Positions 28,236 through 38,125 of a stretch of DNA of 64,000 nucleotides are shown here, piece by piece; the stretch's first letter is position 1, and each line of letters begins with the position of its first letter. Position numbers and translations under genes: made by a program. The notes beneath the pieces are model-generated. The model had not been told where the DNA came from. It saw only the letters and a program-made list of their open reading frames with translations, and did not search any database. This stretch comes from Candidatus Gastranaerophilales bacterium (GTDB taxonomy: Bacteria > Cyanobacteriota > Vampirovibrionia > Gastranaerophilales > Gastranaerophilaceae), in contig CALUUJ010000004.1 in assembly GCA_944323935.1 (NCBI GenBank), positions 15,062-79,061 of the forward strand, in the 5' to 3' direction.

Positions 28236-29684
28236 TTGAAAATATCACAAAATCATATATATCAACCCTGTTTTGGATATGATAAACAACTAAATGAGGA
28301 TTTAAAACAATCCTTAAGCACATATCCAGACAGACAATGGGCTAATACCTTATTATCTATGAATAGCTATTGCAATAGGTTAGAAAGTAATATAAGAAAA
28401 GAAGCAAGTAAAGAAAATAAATCAAAATCTAAAATACAAGATTATTTAGATATTTTTCTTTCATGCAAACAAATACTTGCTGGTTTTGTTTCTATAACTT
28501 TCGAAAGCCTTAACTATGCAGACAGAGAATACAAACATTACAATGATGAATTTATAAAAAACGGATCAAAAGAAAATGACTGGAGAAAAGATGCTTGTGA
28601 AAGCTTAAAGGAATGGCTGTCTTCGAAATTTTCAGAAGAACTCTCTGGTTCAAAAATACAAAAAAAGCAACAAGAAGATTCTCAAATAACAGAAAATAAA
28701 GACACAACAACTCAATCTGGTAGTAATAATACTTCAAATCCAACTTCAACAACAAACTCTTCTGATGCTTCCAGTGCTTCAAAAAATCCCTTAGCAAAAT
28801 TATCAAAATCTTTTTTGGAAGAATTTAAACCTGATTCTTCCACTCCGAAGGGATTTTCTGATGTAGCAGGCATGTGTGAACTTAAAAGAGATTTAGAAGA
28901 AGGAATTATTGAATTAATTCAAAATCCCCAACAAGCAAAACTTGACTTTGAAGAATATGGAAAAACTATTCCAAATACAATTCTTTTGTATGGTCCTCCT
29001 GGTTGCGGAAAGACCTATATAACTCAAGCATTAGCGTCTGAAATAGATGTTCCTTTATATTTATTGAACATTAGTAATGTCGGTTCACATTATATAAATT
29101 TAACAGCAAAAAATTTAAAGGCTGCATTTGACAAAGCAATTGAAATAGCTCAAAAAACAGAGAAACCTTGTCTTCTTTTCATGGACGAAATTGATTCACT
29201 GGCTTTTGACAGAGACTCACGAATGGAGCCCGATGACCTAAAACAAGTTGCAACAATGTTACAAGCTATTGATACCGCAAAAAAATCAAATGTAATAATA
29301 ATAGGTGCTACAAATAAATATAATTTGCTTGACCCTGCTATAAGAAGAAGATTTGAATCAAAAGTATTTGTCGATATACCAGATTTTGATTCAAGAAAAG
29401 CCTTAGTGATAAAAAATCTATTATCACTAAAAAAAGGAAAAAAATTATTGGAATCACCCGAAGATATAGACAATATTGCAAAGAGGCTAGAAGGCTATTC
29501 TAATAGTTCTATATGTATTATTTCTAAACAAGCTGCAATAAATGCCATGAGAAGAGATAGAGCCGATATTTCTGTCGAAGATTTTATAAAAGCAATTGAA
29601 TCAACAACAGAAGAAAAACCAAATAGAAATTTATATAAATCAGAATCTGGTCTATTAAAAAAACAAATTGGTTTCACAACTTAA
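28236..29684 (+). CDS. Classical-clade AAA+ ATPase (Vps4/spastin/katanin-like second region of homology) with novel helical N-domain and S/T-rich linker
   Basis: Has Walker A LLYGPPGCGKTY, Walker B LLFMDEIDSL, and SRH IIGATNKYNLLDPAIRRRFESKVFVDIPD. The start is set at TTG 28236 (AAGAGGA SD 8 nt upstream). The N-terminal 225 aa have no recognisable family. Confidence 0.75.
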   Translation: MKISQNHIYQPCFGYDKQLNEDLKQSLSTYPDRQWANTLLSMNSYCNRLESNIRKEASKENKSKSKIQDYLDIFLSCKQILAGFVSITFESLNYADREYKHYNDEFIKNGSKENDWRKDACESLKEWLSSKFSEELSGSKIQKKQQEDSQITENKDTTTQSGSNNTSNPTSTTNSSDASSASKNPLAKLSKSFLEEFKPDSSTPKGFSDVAGMCELKRDLEEGIIELIQNPQQAKLDFEEYGKTIPNTILLYGPPGCGKTYITQALASEIDVPLYLLNISNVGSHYINLTAKNLKAAFDKAIEIAQKTEKPCLLFMDEIDSLAFDRDSRMEPDDLKQVATMLQAIDTAKKSNVIIIGATNKYNLLDPAIRRRFESKVFVDIPDFDSRKALVIKNLLSLKKGKKLLESPEDIDNIAKRLEGYSNSSICIISKQAAINAMRRDRADISVEDFIKAIESTTEEKPNRNLYKSESGLLKKQIGFTT

Positions 29685-29708
29685 ATAAAGTGTTATTCTT
29701 TAATTATT

Positions 29709-30617
29709 CTATACTTGGAGATGTTTTTTTATTGATAACAGGCTTCCGCTTGCACTGAAAAAGATTGCCATTATGAATAAGCAGAATACTACAACATTCA
29801 TTGCAAATTCTGATGGCTGTACATTCAAAAAATTATGAAGTCTTAACAACCAATTTTGAACTGTATTTAATGGTATTAGAGAAATTATTGCACCTAAAAA
29901 GCCATAAATTGCACCCTGTAGTATGAGCGGAATTTTTATATACCAATTACTAACTCCCATTAATCTCATAATTTCAATTTCTTCTTTCTTAGATTGAATT
30001 ACTAGCTGAATAGTACAATTTATTATTATTATAGTTAACATTGCAACGGCAATCAGCACTAATATAGTAACTGTATTAAATACAGTTGTAATTGTTTGCA
30101 ATTTTTTAGCAATTTCTTGAGCATATGACATATTCTCAATTCCAGAAACTTTTTTCATATTTTCACAAACTAAAGTAATATTTGAAGGATCATCAACTGT
30201 AACATGTAAAGTATCAGGAAGAGGATTTTCCATTCCTCTAACATCAATGTCTTTATTCATTTCTTCCCAAGCTTGTTCTTTTGTAATAATTGTTATCTTT
30301 TTTACATGCTCAATTTCTCTTATTCTTGATGACATATAAACAGGATCAACATTTGGTTTTAAGTAAACTGAAATCTCGAATGCATCCCCTAACTTATCAA
30401 CGAAAGTACTTAGAGAAAAACTTGTACGAAATAAAGCGCCAAAAATAGTTAAAATAGCCGCCATTGCAGCAATTATAGCAATATTAATCAATCCGGTTCT
30501 TTTTATTCCGTATATTGTTTCCATAGCAATTCTGTACATAATTCTGACAGAAGATAAGTGACGTTGGGGAATATGCTTTTTTACAGTTTCTTTTATTATT
30601 TTTTTTCTGTTATTCAT
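29709..30617 (-). CDS. ftsX: Cell-division ABC transporter permease FtsX
   Basis: Has a 4-TM topology with a large first periplasmic loop and sits immediately downstream of ftsE. The start is set at ATG 30617, in an ATGAATAA overlap with the ftsE stop. Confidence 0.8.
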   Translation of the reverse strand: MNNRKKIIKETVKKHIPQRHLSSVRIMYRIAMETIYGIKRTGLINIAIIAAMAAILTIFGALFRTSFSLSTFVDKLGDAFEISVYLKPNVDPVYMSSRIREIEHVKKITIITKEQAWEEMNKDIDVRGMENPLPDTLHVTVDDPSNITLVCENMKKVSGIENMSYAQEIAKKLQTITTVFNTVTILVLIAVAMLTIIIINCTIQLVIQSKKEEIEIMRLMGVSNWYIKIPLILQGAIYGFLGAIISLIPLNTVQNWLLRLHNFLNVQPSEFAMNVVVFCLFIMAIFFSASGSLLSIKKHLQV

Positions 30618-31284
30618 AAGTACCTGCCTGAACATCTCTGATAATTTGACCTTGATCCATTGTTATTACTCTTTTTCTAAAATAATCAACAATATCTCTG
30701 TCATGAGTTGAAACTATAACAGTTATACCTTTTTCGTTAATTTGTTCCAAAATTTGCATAATTTCCATTGAATTCTTGGGGTCCAAATTTCCTGTAGGTT
30801 CATCAGCAATCAAAAGAGGAGGTCCATTTACTATTGCTCTGGCGATACTAACTCTCTGCTGCTCCCCACCGGATAATTCACAAGGTTTAGCATTCATTTT
30901 GTTCAAAAGACCAACAACTTTTAATGCACCGGTAACCCTATCTTGAATTTCTTTAGATCGCATACCCAATGTTCTGATAACTAATGCAATATTATCATAT
31001 ACACTTATATTCTGTAATAATTTATAATCCTGAAATACAATTCCCATACATCTTCTTATATTGGGCACTCTATCATTGGGAAGTTTCGCAATATTAATAT
31101 TACCAATCATCACAGTACCAGAGGTAGGAACTTCTTCCCTATATAACAATTTCATCAATGTAGATTTACCTGCACCTGATGACCCTGTTAAAAAAACAAA
31201 CTCACTTGACATAATATCAAGATTTATATTTTGTAATGCATAATTATTTTTATATTTCTTATATACGTTTCTAAGTTGAATCAT
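30610..31284 (-). CDS. ftsE: Cell-division ATP-binding protein FtsE
   Basis: Is 224 aa, with Walker A GSSGAGKST, signature LSGGEQQRVSIARA and Walker B LLIADEPTGNLD. It is paired with ftsX. Confidence 0.85.
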   Translation of the reverse strand: MIQLRNVYKKYKNNYALQNINLDIMSSEFVFLTGSSGAGKSTLMKLLYREEVPTSGTVMIGNINIAKLPNDRVPNIRRCMGIVFQDYKLLQNISVYDNIALVIRTLGMRSKEIQDRVTGALKVVGLLNKMNAKPCELSGGEQQRVSIARAIVNGPPLLIADEPTGNLDPKNSMEIMQILEQINEKGITVIVSTHDRDIVDYFRKRVITMDQGQIIRDVQAGTYE

Positions 31285-32216
31285 TTAACTAATCCCATTA
31301 TATTTTCTGCTAATTTTTCAGCATTTAATCCATAAAAAGCCATTAATTCTTTTGCTGTACCACTTTGCCCGAATTCATCATTTATACCAATTCTTTTAAC
31401 TATAGTTGGATATCTTTCACTTAAGAACTCACATACAGCGCTTCCAAGTCCACCTATAACTGAATGATTTTCTATTGTTATAACTTTATTTGTTTTCTTA
31501 GCCGATTTTAATATTGATACTCCATCTAATGGTTTTACAACAGGCATATTTATAATTTCAGCATCTATACCTTTTTCTGATAATATTTTAGCACAATCAA
31601 TTGTTTCTACCAATGTTTCCCCATTAGTAATAAGAGTGACATCTTTGCCTTCCTGAATAACATTTGCCAATTTGTAATTAAATTTATAAGATGAATCAAA
31701 TACATCAGGAAGATTTGTTCTTGCTATTCTTATATATACAGGACCATAATATTCAGCTGCGAATTCAATTGCTTGCCTAGTTTCTTCAGCATCAGCCGGA
31801 ACTATTACCATCATATTGGGAATACTTCTCATTAATGAGATATCTTCAAGTGCTTGATGACTTGCTCCATCTTCACCAACAGTTATCCCGCCATGAGTTG
31901 CAGCAATTTTTACATTCAAATTTGAATAACAAATTGTATTTCTTATTTGTTCCCAAGCTCTTCCTGTTGCAAACATGGCAAAAGTTGATACAAATGGGAT
32001 TTTACCTGTACAAGCAAGTCCAGCGGCAGTAGTCATCAAATCTTGTTCTGAAATTCCAACATTAAAAAACCTATCTGGAAATTCATTTGCAAACAGCTTA
32101 GTTTGAGTCGAACAAGATAAATCTGCATCAAGTACAACTATATTCTTATTCTTTTTGCCAAGATCAACAAGAGTTTTTCCATATTCACTTCTAACTGATT
32201 TACATTCTCTATTCAT
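31281..32216 (-). CDS. Transketolase, C-terminal (pyrimidine-binding) subunit
   Basis: Has the typical split-transketolase B subunit sequence (GISEQDLMTTAAGLA, HGGITVGEDGASHQALEDI). It has a 4-nt overlap with ftsE. Confidence 0.85.
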   Translation of the reverse strand: MNRECKSVRSEYGKTLVDLGKKNKNIVVLDADLSCSTQTKLFANEFPDRFFNVGISEQDLMTTAAGLACTGKIPFVSTFAMFATGRAWEQIRNTICYSNLNVKIAATHGGITVGEDGASHQALEDISLMRSIPNMMVIVPADAEETRQAIEFAAEYYGPVYIRIARTNLPDVFDSSYKFNYKLANVIQEGKDVTLITNGETLVETIDCAKILSEKGIDAEIINMPVVKPLDGVSILKSAKKTNKVITIENHSVIGGLGSAVCEFLSERYPTIVKRIGINDEFGQSGTAKELMAFYGLNAEKLAENIMGLVK

Positions 32217-32224
32217 AAAAACCC

Positions 32225-33061
32225 CTATTTCAACTCAAGTAATGCTTTTTGAAGTTCTTCATCATTAGGTGCTTTACCATGCCAGCCCGCATTGTTTTCC
32301 ATAAAAGATACGCCCTTACCTTTGATAGTATTTGCAATAATTACACAAGGTTTTTTGGACATTTTAGCTTTTACAATTGAATTATAAATTTCCTTTATAT
32401 TATGACCGTCTATTTCTATTGCATCCCATCCAAATGCTTCAAACTTTGCCTTAACATTGCCAATTGATTTTACTTTTTCTGTTGAACCGTCAATTTGTAA
32501 CATATTTCTATCAACAAAGGCAATGAGATTATCAAGATTATTGTGAGAAGCATTCATAGCAGCTTCCCATACACTTCCTTCTTCAATTTCACCATCACCC
32601 ATATATACAAACACTTTGCTGTTTAATTTATCTAATTTTAAACCTAATGCCATGCCACAAGCTATTGATAAGCCTTGCCCTAATGAACCGGTAGAAACTT
32701 CAACACCATTCAATAGTTTACTGCAAGGATGTCCTTGTAATCTTGAACCAAATTTTCTAAATGTTAATAGTTCTTCTTCATTGAAGTACCCACAATGCGC
32801 CATTATTGCGTATAATGCCGCAGATGCATGACCTTTTGACAATATAAATCTATCTCTTTTTTCATAATCAGAATTCATATCACATTCAGGATAATAATTC
32901 ATACACTTTGTAAAAAGTACATTTAAAATATCAATACAAGAAAGAGAACCGCCAGGATGTCCTGATTTTGCATTATGAATCATAATTAAAATTAAGCGTC
33001 TTAATTTTTTTGAAACATTTTCTATATTTTTTATTTCTAACTCAGAGATTTGATTTATCAT
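32225..33061 (-). CDS. Transketolase, N-terminal (TPP-binding) subunit
   Basis: Has [25 protein letters not shown] and [13 protein letters not shown] (TPP/Mg motif GDG...E). Confidence 0.85.
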   Translation of the reverse strand: MINQISELEIKNIENVSKKLRRLILIMIHNAKSGHPGGSLSCIDILNVLFTKCMNYYPECDMNSDYEKRDRFILSKGHASAALYAIMAHCGYFNEEELLTFRKFGSRLQGHPCSKLLNGVEVSTGSLGQGLSIACGMALGLKLDKLNSKVFVYMGDGEIEEGSVWEAAMNASHNNLDNLIAFVDRNMLQIDGSTEKVKSIGNVKAKFEAFGWDAIEIDGHNIKEIYNSIVKAKMSKKPCVIIANTIKGKGVSFMENNAGWHGKAPNDEELQKALLELK

Positions 33062-33082
33062 TTATTTTTCCTTAACATCAAT

Positions 33083-33823
33083 TTAGTCTTTTTTTCTGAT
33101 AGCTTCTATTATAGCCTTAAAAAGAAACATAGGTAATGTTTTATATATACGTTTTATGCGCTCAGGCTGTTTATACGTTCTATATATCCATTCACAGCCC
33201 ATAATTCTAAAAAATTCGGGAGCTCTTTCAACTTCACCGGCCCAAACATCAAAAGAACCTCCAACACCAATAAAAACAGCTTCCGGTATTTTTTTTCTGC
33301 ATTTATTTATAAATATTTCTTGCTTTGGAGCACCCAATGCAACTAATACTAATTGCGGATCAGATTCTGCCAATGCATTTATAATTTCATCTTCTTTTGA
33401 TGAGGCAAAATATCCATTTTTATAATAACAAATATCAATTCCCTCAAACTCTGATTTTAATCTTTTTACAGTTGTTTGAAGCACACTTTCTTTAGCTCCA
33501 ATGAGCGCAACTGAATATTTGAAAATTTCACAGGATGTTATTAATTCATGCGCCAAATCAATACCTGGAATCTGTTCTTGTTCTATTCCTTTGAGTTTTA
33601 AAGCAAGCTTTATACCTGAACCATCAGGAACGACCAAATCAGCATTTCTTAATATAGAAGAAAAAACCTTACTTTTACCTGCAAGTTCTATCATTTCAGG
33701 ATTAATAGTAACAACTTGCATTCCTTTCTTTTCTTTTATTCTTTCCAAAATAACTTTTACTGCTTCATCAAAAGTCAGTAAATCGACATCATATCCCAAT
33801 ACTTTATGCGTTTTTCTTTCCAT
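33083..33823 (-). CDS. WecG/TagA/CpsF-family (GT26) glycosyltransferase
   Basis: Is 246 aa with a family-typical sequence (VTINPEMI, DLVVPDGSGI, FIGVGGSFDVWAGEVERAP, EWIYR). Confidence 0.8.
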   Translation of the reverse strand: MERKTHKVLGYDVDLLTFDEAVKVILERIKEKKGMQVVTINPEMIELAGKSKVFSSILRNADLVVPDGSGIKLALKLKGIEQEQIPGIDLAHELITSCEIFKYSVALIGAKESVLQTTVKRLKSEFEGIDICYYKNGYFASSKEDEIINALAESDPQLVLVALGAPKQEIFINKCRKKIPEAVFIGVGGSFDVWAGEVERAPEFFRIMGCEWIYRTYKQPERIKRIYKTLPMFLFKAIIEAIRKKD

Positions 33824-33863
33824 AAAAATAATTCTATCATACAGAAATAAATTTGTTAAAATA

Positions 33864-35261
33864 TTACAATTTTATTTTGTTATTTAATTTTTCATTCAGC
33901 TCATGAGCTGAGTCTTCATAGCCAACTCTACCCATCAAAGCATACGTATAATTTTTAGATTGTTCAACACCCGGCTGATTAAATGCATCTATATTATATA
34001 GTGCACCAGTGATAGCTGTTTGAACTTCAAACATGTACAAAAGCTGACCAAGATAATATGGAGTAACTTTCGGTATTGTTATAGTTACATTTGGTCTTTT
34101 ATAATCAATTAATGAAGCCATTGTAGAATCAGCTTCTGCATTAAACAACTGATTCATTGTTTTTCCGCCTAAATAACTAATTCCGGTATATTCAAATATA
34201 TTTGGAATTTCTAATGTAGTATCAAAGTCTTTAACTCTTAAGAAATTTATAATTTTATCATTTGGGCCTTCATTATATAACTGTATTTGTGAATGTTGAT
34301 CTGTAACCCCTATTGCTTTTACAGGCGTTTGTCCTGTATTAACAATATTATTATTTTTATCTCTTTCTTTACCTAAAGATTCAGCCCATAATTGGCAATA
34401 CCAGTCGGCAACATATCTTAATCGGTTTGAATATGGCATCATAACAGAAATTTTCTTACCGCGTTTTATATCCATAAGGAAATGAATCAAAGCATTCTGA
34501 GCGGCAATATTATAATTAATATCTGTGTTTTTTAGTGCTAAATCCATATCCTTAATACCTTGGGTAATTTCTTCTATGTTTATACCAACTAACGCAAAAG
34601 GTAATAAACCAACAGCTGAAAAAACAGAAAATCTTCCTTCTACATCATCTGGAATATAAAATGTTTTATAGCCTTCTTGATCAGATAATTGTTTTAATAT
34701 ACCAACATTCTTATCAGTTGTTGCTATAACATTTTTTCTGTAGTCATCGCCAAGCTCTTTTTCCATTAAGTCTTTTAGCACCATATATTGAGCCATTACT
34801 TCTGCAGTAGAACCTGATTTTGTTATGACATTTACCAATGTTTTCTTTAAATCCAGAATCTTTAATATTGAATTCATTTGATCAGGATCTATATTATCTA
34901 AGAAAAAAATACGAGGATAATTATTTCTTTGCTCTTTTGTTAAAAAGTTCCAATAAGGTGGCAAAAGGGCTTCACATACAGCTTTTCCTCCCAAAGCAGA
35001 ACCACCGAGACCTAAAATTAAAATATCATCAAAACGGTTCTCAACCATCGCTGCAAATTCACGAACATACCAACTTGTTTCTTCATTATATCCAAGATTC
35101 ATCCATTGTAATTTTTGTCCTGGCTTATCTTTATTTGAATTTAAATCTGCTATTATTTTATGAATAATATCTCTGTAGTTATCGAACTCAGCATTAATAT
35201 TTAAACCGTTTTCTTCGCCAATTACTTCTTGCAATATATTACGATAGTCAAATTCTATCAT
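33864..35261 (-). CDS. pgi: Glucose-6-phosphate isomerase (short bacterial type)
   Basis: Has PGI motifs (LGLGGSALG, VITKSGSTAE, GRFSVFSAVGLLP, DQHSQIQLYNEGP). The start is set at ATG 35261 (MIEFDY), which has a GAGG SD. Confidence 0.88.
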   Translation of the reverse strand: MIEFDYRNILQEVIGEENGLNINAEFDNYRDIIHKIIADLNSNKDKPGQKLQWMNLGYNEETSWYVREFAAMVENRFDDILILGLGGSALGGKAVCEALLPPYWNFLTKEQRNNYPRIFFLDNIDPDQMNSILKILDLKKTLVNVITKSGSTAEVMAQYMVLKDLMEKELGDDYRKNVIATTDKNVGILKQLSDQEGYKTFYIPDDVEGRFSVFSAVGLLPFALVGINIEEITQGIKDMDLALKNTDINYNIAAQNALIHFLMDIKRGKKISVMMPYSNRLRYVADWYCQLWAESLGKERDKNNNIVNTGQTPVKAIGVTDQHSQIQLYNEGPNDKIINFLRVKDFDTTLEIPNIFEYTGISYLGGKTMNQLFNAEADSTMASLIDYKRPNVTITIPKVTPYYLGQLLYMFEVQTAITGALYNIDAFNQPGVEQSKNYTYALMGRVGYEDSAHELNEKLNNKIKL

Positions 35262-35400
35262 TTTACCTCGCTTAATTTTATTACGTTCGGGTCGTGCACT
35301 ATAAAGAACCAAATATTATTGTACATGCTTACAAGATATTTTAAAGATATTTTGAAGTTATATGTTACATATTTTTTACTTTTAATGTTACAATTCAAAT

Positions 35401-36357
35401 ATGAGAGAATTAGAATTTTTAAAAATAATAGAAAAAACATTGGATTCATCATCTTTTTTAGGTGATGATTGTGCTTTTTTAGATGATTTTGATATTTTTG
35501 TTACACAAGATACACTTGTAGAGAATGTACATTTTTCTCTATATACTACTACCCCATATTTATTAGGAAGGAAAGCAGTAAGTGTCAATTTGAGTGATTT
35601 AGCGGCAGCATTGTCTATTCCAAAATACATTTTAGTTTCATTATCAATACCTAAAAATACGAAAGATTCTTTTGTCTCGGAACTATATAAAGGAATTAAT
35701 GATGTATGCAAAGAATTTGGAGTTAAAGTTGTCGGTGGTGACATTACAGGAAGCGAAAAAGTTGTTATTTCTATATCAGCAATTGGTAAAAAAAGTTCTT
35801 TATATTTATCATCTCGCTCGAACGCAAAGAAAAATGACTATATTCTTGTAACAGGGCAGTTTGGTTCAAGTTCTGCAGGTTTATATGCACTTTCGAATTT
35901 TTTACAAGCTGATAATAAGCTTATAAATTCGCACCTTAATCCTACTCCGAAGGTAAATGAAGCATTAAAATTGGCTACATTGATTGATAGTGATATTGCT
36001 GTAATGGACTGTTCCGATGGACTTATTGATGCTCTTTATAAAATTTCTTTAGAAAGTATGCATAGCATTAAAGTCGATTTAAATATGGTACCCGTAAGTG
36101 ATGAATTAAAAAACTTTTGCAGTCAAAACAATATAGATTATAAAAAATTTGTAAAATGGGGTGGGGAAGACTACGAACTTTTAATTTGTGTTCCGGAACA
36201 AACATTTCTAAAATTGGATAAGAATATATTTACTTTAATTGGCAGAGTACAAAATAAAGATAATAAACCAGCTGTAATAATTAAGAATGATAAAAGTATT
36301 GAAAAAATAACTTATGATACATTTAAAGAAAATAGCTTTGATCATTTTTCTTTTTGA
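35401..36357 (+). CDS. thiL: Thiamine-monophosphate kinase
   Basis: Has the AIR-synthase-related fold signature GDDCAFL...VTQDTLVENVHF, NLSDLAA and GGDIT. Confidence 0.8.
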   Translation: MRELEFLKIIEKTLDSSSFLGDDCAFLDDFDIFVTQDTLVENVHFSLYTTTPYLLGRKAVSVNLSDLAAALSIPKYILVSLSIPKNTKDSFVSELYKGINDVCKEFGVKVVGGDITGSEKVVISISAIGKKSSLYLSSRSNAKKNDYILVTGQFGSSSAGLYALSNFLQADNKLINSHLNPTPKVNEALKLATLIDSDIAVMDCSDGLIDALYKISLESMHSIKVDLNMVPVSDELKNFCSQNNIDYKKFVKWGGEDYELLICVPEQTFLKLDKNIFTLIGRVQNKDNKPAVIIKNDKSIEKITYDTFKENSFDHFSF

Positions 36358-36445
36358 TTTGTAAATAAAAATAAATTTTACTTGAAATTAACGCAAAAAT
36401 TTCTTTTATAGTTTTTGTTCCAATTGTATAGAAAAATGGTTTTTT

Positions 36446-38023
36446 ATGAATATTCTAGCCCAAAAACTTTCTCAACAATCGTTGCCGCAATATATTTATA
36501 ATTCAGGACCGTATGGTTTAAGTCCTAATAATTCAAATGTCAAAGTTCAAAACAATAAAGCTAAAACCTCTATATTTTATATAAATGACATACATGGACA
36601 AGTCCCCAAAATGCAAAGACTCGTTTCTGCCTCTCATCACGCAGGTCTAAATGCAACAAATAATGGTTCAGATATTCTAAAAGTCTGCGCAGGAGATACT
36701 TTTATAGGTACAGATGAGAAAAGGAACCTTGCTGCAGCAAGGTTTTTAGATACAGCAGGTATACATGCCCATGCTTTAGGTAATCACGAATTTGACATAA
36801 CAGCATCAATTTGCGGAAATTTACTAAAAAATTCAAATGTCAAAACACTTGGTATGAACTTAAATTTTCCAAATAATAACACTCCATTAGCTAAAAATGT
36901 TTTACGCTCCACTGTAATTTACGGCACAAGTGGTGAAAAATATGGTCTAATTGGTGTTCAGCCTTCAGATTTAGCTTCAAGAATAAAGAAAAAAGAAATT
37001 CTCGAAGGTATTACTACAGATGACAAAGAACAAACAATTATTGAACTCCAAGAAGAAGTTAATAAATTAAAACAACAGGGCATAAATAAAATAATATTAC
37101 TATCACATGAAGGTTATTCAGTAGAAAAAGAAATTGCCCAGCGTGTAAGCGGTATTGATGTAATTATAGGAGGACATTCTCACGATCTAATTGAAGGTGT
37201 TACAGAAGGTGAAAATCTTGTATATTCTCCAACAGGAGAACCTGTCATTATAACACAAGCCGGAAGAGACGGGAATCATTATGGAATTTTAAACCTCGAA
37301 TTTAATGACAAAGGACAAGTCACATACGTACAAAATAATGTAATGGATACAAACTTACATAATCCAAACATGGTTATGACAAAAATTGTTGATTCTATTT
37401 TAGGAAGCTCTCCAGAAATAGGTGTATTAAATCACGTTGACCCAATTCCCAAAAATAACTTACTTGAAGAAAATCCTTGGGCTGATTTTGTTGCTGATGC
37501 TATAAGAACAAATCTTGATGCTGATATCGTTTTAATTAACTCAGCTAATTTCAGAGGAAGCGTTGACCACGGTGTTGTAACAGAACGAGATATTACAAGT
37601 ATTTTCCCATTTAATAATAAATTATTTAAAGTAAGACTCAACGAAGAAGATTTGGTTGATGCAATAAAAAAATGTGGTAAATCATTAACTTCTAAAAATT
37701 CAAAGCCAGGAATTATGCAAGTTTCTGGTCTTACTTATTCATTAGATGCTCAAGGTAATTTGACATCTTTATACTATATTGATAAACAAGGTAATAAAAA
37801 ACAAATAGATATTAATCATCCTGATGAAGATAAAATTTACACAGCTGTTTATGATGAGTTTTTAGTTGGTGGTGGTGATGATCTTGAAATGTTAGAACGT
37901 GATGATGATGAAATTATTGAACGTTATTCATTTGATAAAGATAAAGTTACTATTGATTATATTAAATCTTTATCTCAGCCGTTTGATGTCCGTAAAGACG
38001 GAAGAATTCAAATAACTCAGTAG
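36446..38023 (+). CDS. Bifunctional metallophosphatase / 5'-nucleotidase (UshA/YfkN-like)
   Basis: Has calcineurin-like motifs in order (INDIHGQ, GDTFIG, GNHEFD, LSHEG, GGHSH) followed by a 5'-nucleotidase C-terminal domain. The N-terminus is polar, with no obvious hydrophobic signal peptide. Confidence 0.8.
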   Translation: MNILAQKLSQQSLPQYIYNSGPYGLSPNNSNVKVQNNKAKTSIFYINDIHGQVPKMQRLVSASHHAGLNATNNGSDILKVCAGDTFIGTDEKRNLAAARFLDTAGIHAHALGNHEFDITASICGNLLKNSNVKTLGMNLNFPNNNTPLAKNVLRSTVIYGTSGEKYGLIGVQPSDLASRIKKKEILEGITTDDKEQTIIELQEEVNKLKQQGINKIILLSHEGYSVEKEIAQRVSGIDVIIGGHSHDLIEGVTEGENLVYSPTGEPVIITQAGRDGNHYGILNLEFNDKGQVTYVQNNVMDTNLHNPNMVMTKIVDSILGSSPEIGVLNHVDPIPKNNLLEENPWADFVADAIRTNLDADIVLINSANFRGSVDHGVVTERDITSIFPFNNKLFKVRLNEEDLVDAIKKCGKSLTSKNSKPGIMQVSGLTYSLDAQGNLTSLYYIDKQGNKKQIDINHPDEDKIYTAVYDEFLVGGGDDLEMLERDDDEIIERYSFDKDKVTIDYIKSLSQPFDVRKDGRIQITQ

Positions 38024-38049
38024 ATTTATTATCTTTATAAATATTTAAT

Positions 38050-38078
38050 TTGACCTTTTTTTGCTTATTTTTTAAAAT
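38050..38078 (+). promoter_or_regulatory. Candidate sigma70-type promoter upstream of the oxidoreductase gene
   Basis: Has TTGACC (38050-38055), a 17-nt spacer, then TAAAAT (38073-38078), about 48 nt upstream of the ATG. AT-rich context, so confidence is modest. Confidence 0.35.
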
Positions 38079-38125
38079 TATATATATTAGTATATTTACA
38101 TGTTATAGATAGTATATTCCGGAGT

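Noticed and set aside
26763-29700. Possible genomic island integrated at tRNA-Ser (unknown 197-aa protein on one side, atypical AAA+ on the other, long AT-rich spacers).
   Set aside because: There is no integrase. I could not find a direct repeat of the tRNA 3' half (..GGGTTCGAATCCCAC..) elsewhere in the window. There is no clear compositional shift relative to the flanks. It is kept only as context for the AAA+ finding.
31281-33061. Split transketolase as a possible frameshifted pseudogene.
   Set aside because: Two-subunit transketolase (N-terminal TPP-binding plus C-terminal pyrimidine-binding ORFs) is a common, functional arrangement. Both halves are intact, with an 8-nt gap and their own start context.
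35313-35400. TPP riboswitch upstream of thiL.
   Set aside because: The spacer lacks the conserved CUGAGA / ACCUGAUCUGGAUAAUGCCAGCG-type elements and is nearly pure AT.
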